Shown here one piece after another: positions 11,414-22,507 of a DNA stretch of 60,387 nucleotides. Source of the DNA: Klebsormidium nitens (lineage: Eukaryota > Plantae > Klebsormidiophyceae); NCBI GenBank assembly GCA_000708835.1, contig DF237467.1:5770-66156 (forward strand), given 5' to 3'. Each line of letters begins with the position of its first letter. Position 1 is the first letter of the stretch. A model generated the notes under the pieces. It ran no database searches. It was not told the DNA's origin and saw nothing but the letters and a program-made list of their open reading frames with translations. The position numbers and the translations under genes are program-made.

Positions 11414-13865
11414 TTAACTCACGAACCTCTCCATGGCTTCCTCGTCCAAGAAGCGACACGTGTCTCTCACGCCCATGAACTTATGCCGGTTCGCTGCAAT
11501 CACGCTGTACACGGCGTCCCTGGCAAACCTGGACGAGAAAGTCTTCCGTAAGCAAAGTCTACTATGATAACGTCGTTTCAGAAAAGCCGCCGCCCTTGAA
11601 GCTGACCCATCTAGACAGCGACTTCCTCAGTGTGACGTACAAGAGTTTGGAAGTTCTTACCTTGGTGAATCATGAACGCTATTAGGGCATCAAAGCCTCC
11701 AAATGATTGAGGAAAGGTGACTAATCACCCAAAGCAGGAGGCATTTGCGAATCGGAGTGAATTTTTGAAACTACGAGGGAGACATTGGCAAAAGTTCTCC
11801 GCATTGAGTACTTTGCCTAATATTCTTCGGAGGGGTAGGAGTTTAGAATAGGAGTCATAAAGGTACTGGGGAAAGTTCGACAGGTCCGACTCGAAGCAAT
11901 AAATCAAGTCGCGTTTCCCCTGCGGCAGGGAGCCCCCCCTGACAGGGCTTCAGGAAGAAGAAAAAAGCTCTGCAAAGAAGCGAGCCTGCTCACTTGCATG
12001 TTCCCTGCCAGCAGGGAAGCCCCCCTAAGAAGATCCGAAAAAGGAAGAGAATCTTGAAATGGAATTCTGCTTCAAAGCTCACTCGGGCACGCAGAGGCCG
12101 AAGCTTCCCAGGCCCTTGTACACAGGTGACTGCAAGCACTGTGCAATGTGCAGGATAGCGTCCGAGTGTGTGTAGGCTCTGTTGCAGAAGACGGTTTGGT
12201 GTCAGTGTCAGAGGGATCGCAGAATCAGCATCCGGTCAAAGAGTTCGTGACTGTAACAAGGCCGCCAACAAGCTGGAGACGGCGCTCATGCCAGCAGTCT
12301 TTTGATGACACTAGCATAAAAGCAGAAGAACATTTCAATCACAACCACTTTGCAGTGTTAGAATGCGACAAGACTTCTAAAGCAGTTCGCAATATCGACA
12401 CTAGCGATGGGGAAATGGCCAACAGCATTGTGAGTATTGCTATCACATTTTACCTGTTTGAATACACCATGACCATGCTCGAATGGTCATCCGGCCTTAA
12501 CCCTGACCGTATCAGCAGCGTCCTGCCGGCTTCGCTTTGGAGGGCCGCATAGCGCAGCTTGCTGGAGAGAGAGAGGCAGATGTCAGAGATACTGAAAGCA
12601 CTGCTAACAAGAAAAGGGATGGCGCAAGCTGACCTGTCAGCTACAGATTGCAGTCAACAAACAAGCGAATCTGCAATTCTGCTTTGGTGATCTGTGAAGG
12701 TCAACGTGTGCTCCTGTAATTGTAGAATTACAATGGCCTAGCTGCTGCAAGCCGTATTAATTGGATTCATTCCAGCTAAAGCCTGTTGGAATTACTTTGA
12801 AAACTCGAAAAACTAACGTGCAGTACCTGCCAATCAAGGATTCTTTGACGTTCAAAGTCAAGTCTGACTCACAAATCCGAGAATCTCAGAACCTTAGAAA
12901 GGGCTCAGTAAGTGTAGTACGGAAGCGGATTGGAATTAGCGGAAGTATCAGAAGCTAAGATTGCGTCAGTTCAACCTACCCTTTGGGGTCATTGTCAAGC
13001 ATGAAATTGACCCCTTCATTGCACATGTTGCAGATGCCTGCACGATGAAGAGAGTTTTCGTCAGCATCCAGACTACTTCTTGAAGCCTTAAACTTTTGAG
13101 CAGGGCACACAATCAAAACACCTGGAAATCATAGCTTGAGCTACAATTGCTAACATTGCACCTTACAGCAAAGTGCTTCCTTCAATAAAAGGGGATTGCA
13201 GATACACGCAGAGCCCAATTGTGCTGTGACAGGTGACCAGCACAGACCGGGTTCAAAAAGTCACTATGAGAGCAGAAGGGTGCAAGTTGTTTGCATTCAA
13301 TCAAGGACTTATGATAGGCACGCAGTACATCGAGGCTTCTGGCTTGCTCTAATGCTTAATCTGGATCAACAACACACCTGAGACCCACCCCATTTACATT
13401 TTCGAAGTCTGGTTTCACACTTGGATGCCTTCAAGAGGAACTACTGAGCTGAGTGAATTGCAATTCTTAGGAGCAATCAATCACTTCAACATCACAACTT
13501 CTTGTGACCACTCATCCCTCACCATCAAAAAGCACGATTGGCCTCTTGTCAGTTGCAAACAACTCGTCGCCAGGTCTTGCTTCTGCAGTCTCTTGATCTG
13601 AGGCTGAGCCCTTGCTGCTGCTATCTCTGGTGCTCCTATGAGCGGGCCCTCTGGTCGGTGTCACTGGTTCAGGCAACTGAGTAACCTGATTTTGGGCGAG
13701 GGACACCCTTGGGGCAAGTGTTTGCCGCTGCAAAGCAGGCTTGGTCCAGCTGCCCTGAAATGTCAGATCTGCTGCCTTTGGAAGGCTCTCTGCATCAGGA
13801 TGCCGCGTGCTGGACAGCTTTGACAAGATAGCGCCCGTGCGCACAAGCGAGGTAGACAGCGCCAT
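11414..13865 (-). CDS. DCC-family (DUF393) thiol-disulfide oxidoreductase with N-terminal organellar transit peptide, 239 aa
   Basis: Exons (minus) 13865-13523, 13037-12980, 12561-12454, 12178-12083, 11528-11414 (720 nt). Reads RPIVLFDGICNMCNEGVNFMLDNDPKGKLRYAALQSEAGRTLL..AYTHSDAILHI..FARDAVYSVIAANRHKFMG, with the DxxCxxC motif. The N-terminus is Ser/Thr/Ala/Arg-rich. Confidence 0.92.
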
Positions 13866-15346
13866 CGCTGCTGCTGCTGCTTTGTGAATTGGAAGCGTCT
13901 CCTTTCCAAATGATCTCAGACGACCGTGCACTGCCTGATTTGACCGCTGAAATAGCCGCTATGCTGGTCCCGCCCTTTTGACAATAAGCGCTAAAACCAC
14001 AACCACGAAGGAATGGAGCAACTGTTGCTTTCTTCTTTGGAATTCTTCCAGCAGTAGGAAGCATTTACAGTTTGCGGTTGCAGGAGAAGGAAAGGTGCGC
14101 TGCACAGCTCTCCCAGACCATGGTGAAGAAGGATCTTCAGATCTCCTCAAGCTGCTCTGGTTCACCAGCTCTGGTTCCACGGATATGCGCGTTCGTAATC
14201 AGAGCTAGGTACGCGGAATTCGAGCAGCAATGATTGCGGCATTATCACACCAGATACGCAACTTTTCCAACTGGCATTGATGGAAAACCGTCGATGAAGC
14301 ATGCCTTGATCCATCGACGGCTTGTGCGTGACTGTATCACACGTGCGCGCGCGGCTTGAGCAGCTCAACATCGTGTAGTGGTAGGAGGGGATCCCTTGAC
14401 AAAGGCTGCATAATGCAGAAACTGAGCTCGAGGGGAACCGGACCTTCAAGTTGTTCAGTGGTCACCATCGGCGCGGCCCAGCTGGGTTAAGCATCCGAAG
14501 TCAGCTTGTATGTAAGGTTAACATATGTAGATTCCGGAATTTTAAAAGCTAGCCAGCTAGGAGCTGTGACGTTCTGCAATATTGTGCCCGCGTGAATGCA
14601 GGTGCTGCCGACCGACGGCATTACCATTCGGCCTAGTCTAATGGCAAGTGTGTATCAATGCTTTTGGTTGCAGGCTACAGCCTATCAGCCGTGTGCTTAT
14701 ATACAAACTTCTGATCGACCTGACTAGAGTGGTCAGAAGACGTGCTTGTGCGCGTTGTTAGACTCGCCGGAGCCTCGGCGGCTCGGTGCTTGACGCGCAA
14801 TACTCCACGATCTGCGGACAGCTCAAAGCTCTATCAATGAGCTCGGTCTCGATTCGGTACGGAGTAACGATCAGATGATGTTGGCGCCGGCGGTCAGCTC
14901 TGTGTTTGATTGCTGATCAAACGAATACAGCCGCGAATGGATGCTGTCCATTTATAGTGTCGCCCTTAGTACCACGCACATGCATGTTGAAGCATCAGAA
15001 TGACCTTGTAGGTTTCAATATTTGAGGCGGGGGATGGCTAGTCTACAGTTCCCTGCTTCGAAACAAACAGATTGTGAAAGATTTGATCACGAAACCTCTG
15101 GACGCAGGGTTATTGATGCTACTAGCCTGCACGCAATCCAAAACTTATGCTCTGCGCAAGCCTGCAGCTCTGCGCATGCCTTTTCTGCAGGCTACTCTGT
15201 CAAAAGTCTCGCCTATGTCTGTCAACGAAGCTAGTGGGTAAAACGTGCCGATGGTAGCGCTTAACTTTTAGACTCAAGTAGCTGCTCTTACGAAACCAGG
15301 CTGATGTGTCTGATTCACGACACGCCAGCCGTTCAGGAGCTGTATC

Positions 15347-17697
15347 TCAGCGGCCCGGGCCTTCAGGCGATGCGGTAGTCCTGTTGGCGGGAATACCGGA
15401 GAGGATCCCGAGCGTTTCCACCGGGGCATATGGACTCGGAGTTCCTGGGGGCCCAGGGGTCGGGGCAGGGTCCGCCCCATCCCCGGTGCCCTTGGTCGAG
15501 TTCCACACGGCGTCGGTGTTGTTGGTGTTGGCCTGCCAATTGATGATGGGGAGAGCGTCCACTAGAAGGAAGAAGTAAACAATCTGTCGAATTTGGGGCT
15601 TTGATAACGTCGTAGGGAGATTTATAAGCAGGTGTTCAGTTTGACCCACGACGAGACATGCTCGTGGTGGGCTTTGAAATCTCGCCGGACTAGGAGGTTT
15701 GATCGACGAAACTTTCATCACTCCGTCGCCGGCCCTCTTCCTCTGCAAAGCTAAGCAGAAGGCTCCGAAAGAGTTGGCAGAATCTCCGAAGCAAGAAAAG
15801 CGTCAGTCATTGATCAAACGAGAAATAATCTGGTTTTTATGGGCAGATCACGTTCTGGAAAGGAGTCTTGGAGCTGGCAAAAAAATAGAAGTTGCCGGGA
15901 TGGCAGCCAAGGCAAGCGTACCCACACTCGCATACTGTTTTGCCGCCGAAGCAGAGTCCAAAGTCTCGAGCTTGACGGTCCATTTCGCAGAAGACAATGA
16001 CTCGAAGAGCCAAGTGACCAGCAAATTTGCTAAATACAGAGGCGGGCGGTGGACCACAGTTCAACGAAGCTGGAGCGAGGGCCAAAGGCGCCTCAGATTC
16101 GGCCTTCAACCTGTTCTCTTTCTGCCCTTGTTTAGATCACGCTCAAAGCAAAACGGAGCTTTTTGTGAGCCTTTTCATTGATGCGCTAAGCAGCAGCAGA
16201 GTGCCTCACCGGCCGACTGCACTGTGATGATCCCCACCGTCAATTCGGGATCGGCGGGATCATTGAAAAAGTACTTTCCGGTTTCGTTAAACTGGAGCCG
16301 GATCTGGAATGGCGCCGTCTCCACTGTATCGATGCCACGCCCAGAGAAGACCGGGGGCCCCTGCTGGCTGACAGCTGGCAGGAGGAAAGAATCAGAGCCA
16401 TCAGATGGATTAGTCCGGGCCGTTGAAAGTTTCGCCCTGAATCTTGCCATTCTTCTACGAAACAGACTCAGCATTCGGGTTGGCGCCAAGCGAGTAGATT
16501 GCAAAGAAAAGGGCTCAATGGAGAAGGAAAAGCATGCTCACAAATGCTCGAGAGTAAAAAGTTGAGATATGTACACCTCGAGGCTTGGCAATCATGACAG
16601 AAACAAAGATAGGAAAAGACAGATTGGACATGAGCCAGCAGCGTTCTTGATGAAATGAAAACCCATGGGTGAAGCGGTGTTTGACCATCAAAGACAGGAG
16701 TCCTTTTCGAGACCTCGCTTACCCTGGATGCGGTGAGGCAGGCCGTCGCCCCACTGGAACGTCACTGCAAAATTTGTGACCCCAACTAGGATCATGAGTC
16801 TGGTCACGAGAGTTGAACACATTCAACACTGGACTCATGGCAACCGTTAAGAGGAGCTGAAGCAACAAGTGATGAAGTGGGCGCAGAAGGCGCAATCCGA
16901 AGTTGTTCTTGACGGCAAATAATACTATCATAAGATAGTGGTTTGCGACGTGGTGTTTTGATAAATGGCGTTTAGGGCGTGACGGCCGGCCAGCAAACTT
17001 CCCCTTGCTCCGATGTTTTAACGCGCGGCCGCCTCATGGAAGCAGGCAGGCAATCAACTTGCAAACGAAGAGAAGATATTGAAGTGCAGTCATGCAAACG
17101 TAGAACTCGCCTGTGTCTCTTGGGTCGATGACGCTATTAATGTTGGCCCCCTTCAACCACTGCACGGCGATGTCCCCCGCACCTGCATGGGCGGTGAGCA
17201 CTCGGGGATACTTCCAAATATCCACGTCTCCGTACAACAGTCTCTAACAAGCATGATATGCTCTCTCGACGCAAAGCGGCCAGGCGGGAGTTTATTGCGC
17301 GCCTGACGAGCTTGATCCATATCAATCTTGGTGAGATTTTCAGACCTGAGCAATTTAAGTGGACCGATGCAGGGCACCTTCCTCAAAACAGGTGGAACAT
17401 TGACTGACCAGCGCCGAGCGGGTTCCTTTAAGAAGGTCGTCGACCATTCAAATGACGCCTTTATAGTTGAAGACAGAAACCATATGTTCAATGCAAGTGC
17501 CCTTCATCCTAGTTACCTAGAGAAGCAAAGCAAATCAAACGGCCCAGTGCCTAGATTCGTCCTTGAGGCCTCAAAGGAGGAGGAGAGCTCCCCAAGCAGA
17601 AAAGTAACGGATAAGTCAACTCACCGATCGAGGTAGCTAAGACCACGCAGGTTCCAATCGCCAGAAGAAACAGATTGCTCAGGCCATTGGGCGCCAT
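15347..17697 (-). CDS. Secreted cupredoxin-fold protein with Pro/Thr-rich tail, copy A, 188 aa
   Basis: Exons (minus) 17697-17625, 17182-17111, 16764-16723, 16374-16210, 15561-15347; intron 2 is GC-AG. Signal peptide MAPNGLSNLFLLAIGTCVVLATS. IDPRDTVTFQW..PHRIQ..FSG..FNETGKYFF..GIITV follows cupredoxin strand spacing. The paralog has the same exon structure. Confidence 0.8.
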
Positions 17698-18962
17698 TAG
17701 AACCTTCTGTGCGCGTCCTTCACGTTCTAGCAAGGACGAAAGATGAAACGGCGGTCTGCTGCGCTTCTTGGGAAAGCTGTAGGCGCTGGTTAGTATGATT
17801 CTAAAGACCTCTTTAAAAGTGTATTAGCCGATCCAGCTTCATGTATTAAGCGTTTTTTGAGAAGGAAGAGTCTGAAGTCAGCTTGTTGGGCAAGCAGGAC
17901 TATCTGACCGTGAAAAGCAGACTAGACTAGCTTGCATGAATGAGTGCGAAGTCACTGCAAAGCAGAGAGCAGTAGTGCTGATTTAGCAAGGAAATGCAAA
18001 CGGTCGTCTATTCGACCCTTCATGATAGGATTTTGCGACACTTGAAATGAAGATTTCTATACAAATAAGTGTTGTGCACAGCCTAAATGTTCGTGACTCC
18101 GACGTTGTGAATGCTGCTTAAGATTGATGATGTGAAAGAGACTCAGTAGTGAGTCACTACGAACCCGTAAATATGAAGCAACGTGCACGTGGCGAGGATT
18201 CCTTTATACATTGAAGTGCACAACTCTACTATTAGCAAGGATAAGTGTAGGTAGAAGCTACATGAGTCTAGCGTAGCACTTCGAGATTATAATGGTATGA
18301 TGTAACATGGCAAGCCTTTCAAAATCGGAAATCTGTGCTGAGTGATTGTTAGGAAAGCTGCAAAATCAAGAGAGTACTAGACCTTAGAACCCGAATGAGA
18401 TTCCCACAGCACTGCCATCGCACCTATCATGCACCTACCTCGTTCTAAACCTCAAAATGAGATTGCACAACATCATGTATAGAAGCGTCGAACTGGCAAA
18501 TGCCGTCGAACATTACGTTGTAGCGATGTCGGAGTTGTCGAAAGACGGAATCCTTCTTTGCGCCCACGCTCATATCCGTGCGCCATAGTACACACATACA
18601 TGAAGTGCTTGCAGAAAGGACAAAAATACCAGCTATTGATGTGCGTTGTGGCGAACGGCCGGTCGACTTTGCTATTGATATGGTCACACAATACTGACAA
18701 AGAGACTATTAAGTGATCTTTTTTGTTTTAGACTAGGAGTTGGGGCTGAAACTTCTTGCTTTGGTTACTAGTAGGTTCCTAAAAGAGCCCCTATCAAATC
18801 CTCAAGGATCGACCTTCCTCATGCCATACCCCGCACTCCGATAAAAGACGAACCTATGCTGATGGCCCTTGTATGACTCAAGCTAGTGCCTACACGTGCC
18901 GCTATGGTGGTACTTAATTTCTACAGTCCCAAAACTGCCCTTACAAATGTCTGGGCGCCGGC

Positions 18963-21077
18963 TCACATGCTCGGAACTTTCTTGTAGCGGCCGGCCGGGC
19001 CTTCGGGCGCCGAAGCAGTGGTCTTGCCGGGAAGGCGCCCGGCGGTTTCCACCGGGTAAGGCTTCGGGGTGGCTGTCGCTGAAGGGCCAGGGGTCGGGGC
19101 AGGGTCCGCCCCATCCCCGGTGCCCTTGGTCGAGTTCCAGACTGCGGCGGTGTAATTAGTGTTGGCCTGCCAATTGATGATGGGGAGACGGCTCCCTGCA
19201 ACGAAAACGTCGAGAGTGTATCAGACCAAGGGTTTTGAAAACCATGAGCGGAGAGTTCAATCCTGGTTTCGAATTCTCGGGCGATTGGGTCGAGTGAAGC
19301 TCTTTTGGCTGCCGTTGCTCGCGCCAGTTCGGCGAATGGAAACTCGAAGAACATTCTTTGCTCAACGTGCAGCTTTCCTCGAGCAGAAACTCCTCCTCAC
19401 AATCTCGGTACGAGATGAGTCAGAGAACCGTCCGCCGACTTTTGAATAGGAATCGTTTGGAAAGTATGGGCACAGACGGGGGGAAAATGCATGTACTGCT
19501 CGATGCAGCGGGCGGGGAAGAAGACGACATGCAAGAGCTCTCTGGGCGTCGAACTGAAGTCAGCATCTTCCTATTGCAGATTGGACGCGCTTCCACGAAC
19601 TAAAATCCGGACGAAAAAAGCGGCCACAACGCGCAACTACGCGCATCAAAGTTTCAGGAGTCATTGAATCTGCATCCAACCCCATCCGTTCCTGGTTCAA
19701 TGTCTGAATCGCTCGAGAGGCGAGACCTAACACCTCCCTTCCAACCTTTTGAAAATTGAATGATTCGAAAAGCTAAACAAAGTACTTAGGACGGGACGAC
19801 TGACCGGCTGATTGCACGGTGATGATCCCCACGGTCAGCTCAGGGTCGTTGGGATCATTAAAGAAGTACTTTCCGGTTCCGTTGAACTGAAGCAGGATCT
19901 GGAACGGCGCAGTCTCCACGGTATCGATGCCCCGCCCCGAGAAGACCGGGGGGCCCTGCTGGCTGACAGCTGGCAAAAGCGAGAAAGGAGAGCCGTCAGA
20001 TGGAGAATACTCGTTATTTAGTTTCTCCCTTTAAATATCACAACCTGCCGTCAGATGGGTCAATTTCGGCCGTCAGATGGGTCGATGCCTCGGGGGATGC
20101 ACCAGCATAATCCTTCAATATAGAAACAGTGCTCGGCACACTTGTTCGAAGTAAAACAAACGTGCCAAATCTGCTCTTTGAAGGAGCTCAAGGGCAGTGG
20201 GCTCTTGAAATCACAGAAAGCAAGCCAAGAGTGGGATTCGCAGAAAGATGTTTGGTTTGACGAAGATTCGTCGAGTTATTGACAGACACTCACCCTGAAT
20301 GCGGTGAGGCCGGCCGTCCGCCCACTGGAACGTCACTGCAGAAATCAAAACGAGATGTAGAAATCAGGACTCTTCTCGAACCTGAGTTAGGTTTCCGATA
20401 GAAACACAGGTGGACAGAACTTGAAGTATTGCAGGCCATTAGTGAGTAGAATCCGGGTCTTTTTGAGACTCGCCTGTGTCGCCTGAGTTGATGACGCTGT
20501 TTATGTTGGCCCCCGTCAGCCACTGCACGGCGATGTTCGCCGCTCCTGCATGACTACGGTAGTGAGCGCACTCAAAAGCTTACAAGTATAGAGTCGCCTC
20601 ATTCTCAGTATGTCGCTCTTCGAGACGTCAGAACGCTCTTGTAACGAAACAATGAAAAGGGGAATCATCTGGGAGCGTGATCAACACAAAGTCAATGTTC
20701 CCAAAATCACCGCGCTGACAATAGACCAGCCAAAAACCATGGAAGTTACTTTCAATTTCACCTAGAACTTAATATTCAAGTAAGAGCGACTCGGACCCGA
20801 CTGTCGCCAGAAAAGAGTCCCTTCACAAATGGGAAAGCCGGTAAAAATCTCCATCGAAACAAGCCTTAGACTTAGTCGACGCGGCTAAGAATTCAGGTTC
20901 GTCCCTGAAAGATTCAAGCACTAAGTTGAGATAGAGCGCCTTGAGATCCGTTTCGAGAACGAGAAGAAGAATAGAAACTGGTATAAGAAAGGAAACCGAC
21001 TCACCGACCGAGGTGGCCAAGATCAGGCTGCTTCCGATGGCCAGGAGAACCATGTTGCTCAGCCCTTTGGGCGCCAT
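18963..21077 (-). CDS. Secreted cupredoxin-fold protein with Pro/Thr-rich tail, copy B (tandem paralog), 194 aa
   Basis: Exons (minus) 21077-21005, 20545-20474, 20335-20294, 19969-19805, 19195-18963. The first four exon lengths (73/72/42/165 nt) are identical to copy A and the GC-AG intron 2 is shared. INSGDTVTFQWADGRPHRIQ..FNGTGKYFFNDPNDPELTVGIITV. Confidence 0.8.
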
Positions 21078-22507
21078 GAGTCGATCGTTGTTGCGATCTG
21101 ATTTCAATACCTGGCAAGGGCCAAAAGGAGGGCGATGCGGCTGCGCTTCTCGAGAAAGCTGAAGGCGTTTCGTAAAAGTGATGGAAAGGATTATGAGGTG
21201 CGTGCCTCAAGAGATGCGCGTTAAAAAGCGAACGTTGTTAGAGAACTAAGAAGCCGCAATCCGCTCTTTAGGATGAAAGATGAGAGTCTTAAATAAGTCT
21301 CGCTTCATCGACTAGACGACTTTGAAGGCGCTGAAGGGCAATGAGTCATGAGGCTGAGTCATCAGGGGAAGGTACCAGGATGTAGTCACATTCGATCAAT
21401 CCAACATCAAGGGATGCAAAGCCATCCACGTCCTTCTGCAAACTGAGGTGGGATCCTATGCTCCGTGGCTCCGACATTGTAAGAATCCGCACCCACCAGA
21501 TTGTAGAAATACATCCCGTCTCGAGCTGTAGAACATTGATACAACGTGGCACAGATCTTTCATGTTTGATTGCAGCCATTTTAAAACCGGAAGATATCAA
21601 CGTTGCTGAATCTCTGTGAAGCAATTTACTTCCCAAGATTGGTATCATTTCACCAAGCTTGTGGTAAATCTTGAGGACCTTGCTGAATTCATTGCAAGAG
21701 AGGTGCTCCGGACCAATTGAATAGTGACCCGCGAAATGTATGATGGGCTCAATGAACGGCTTCTACAAGATCCGCTCAGCCTCGGTAATGATTTTTAACA
21801 TATGAACCGTCGAGTACATGCTGTCGTGTTTCTTTGTTGTAGCTATATCGGAGTGTCGAATAGACGTGACACGACAAGACCGCTCTTGAAAAGTAGAGCT
21901 TAGGGCAACCACGTATAGTCTCTCGAACCCAACAACCAATTCTTGAACTGTGCTACCATCAATTGAGATCGATTTCTTCATTATGCTTCTGCACGGGTCT
22001 CGAGGCCGTGAGCTTCGTACAAATTTGAAAGGCGCTCACGTGACGGCTAAAGGATCTCTTTGGGTACTTTGCGTTAAACACGATTGCAACACCTCTCCGT
22101 GACCTGAAGATATGTTGCAGACTCAAGCTCTTAAGCTTCGCTTTACAAAAGGAGACTACGATATCACACCTGCTACAGTATTTAAACGCGCCCTCATTTT
22201 CACGAATAAAATGTAGCGTTCGCACCTTGCCTAGTGCATGTGACTCTTATCTGATCCCAACCAGTACTGGACTCTGAAATGAGACGAACCCATCGGTATC
22301 CCTGACCTCAAACCAGCTGCCATTCAGCTGAAAACCGCTTCAAACCAGACTAAACCCAGCTATACAACGACCAGAAAAGTAAACCTCTAACCTCGACCTC
22401 CAATAAGTAGCATCAACGATAACCCGACTTCGACAACTGTGGTGACAACGTCCTAACCCGTGCTTGCCGCAAGCTAACCGAACCTCAACATCTGGCTCAA
22501 CTCCGCC

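Noticed and set aside
12148-12552. 134-aa plus-strand ORF
   Set aside because: It lies antisense to DCC exons 3-4 and their intron.
18473-18700. ORF with WYFCPFCKHF, a possible zinc-finger or transposon relic
   Set aside because: It has a single CxxC with no second ligand pair, no coding bias and no TE hallmarks.
21376-21435. Exon-like 60-nt segment on the minus strand (tttgcag|KDVDGFASLDVGLIECDYIL|gtacct)
   Set aside because: It cannot be connected in frame to either neighbouring gene. It could be a UTR exon or chance.
22300-22460. AAACC-rich stretch resembling degenerate telomeric repeats
   Set aside because: There is no true CCCTAAA periodicity. It is more likely compositional bias in the ENTH 3' UTR.
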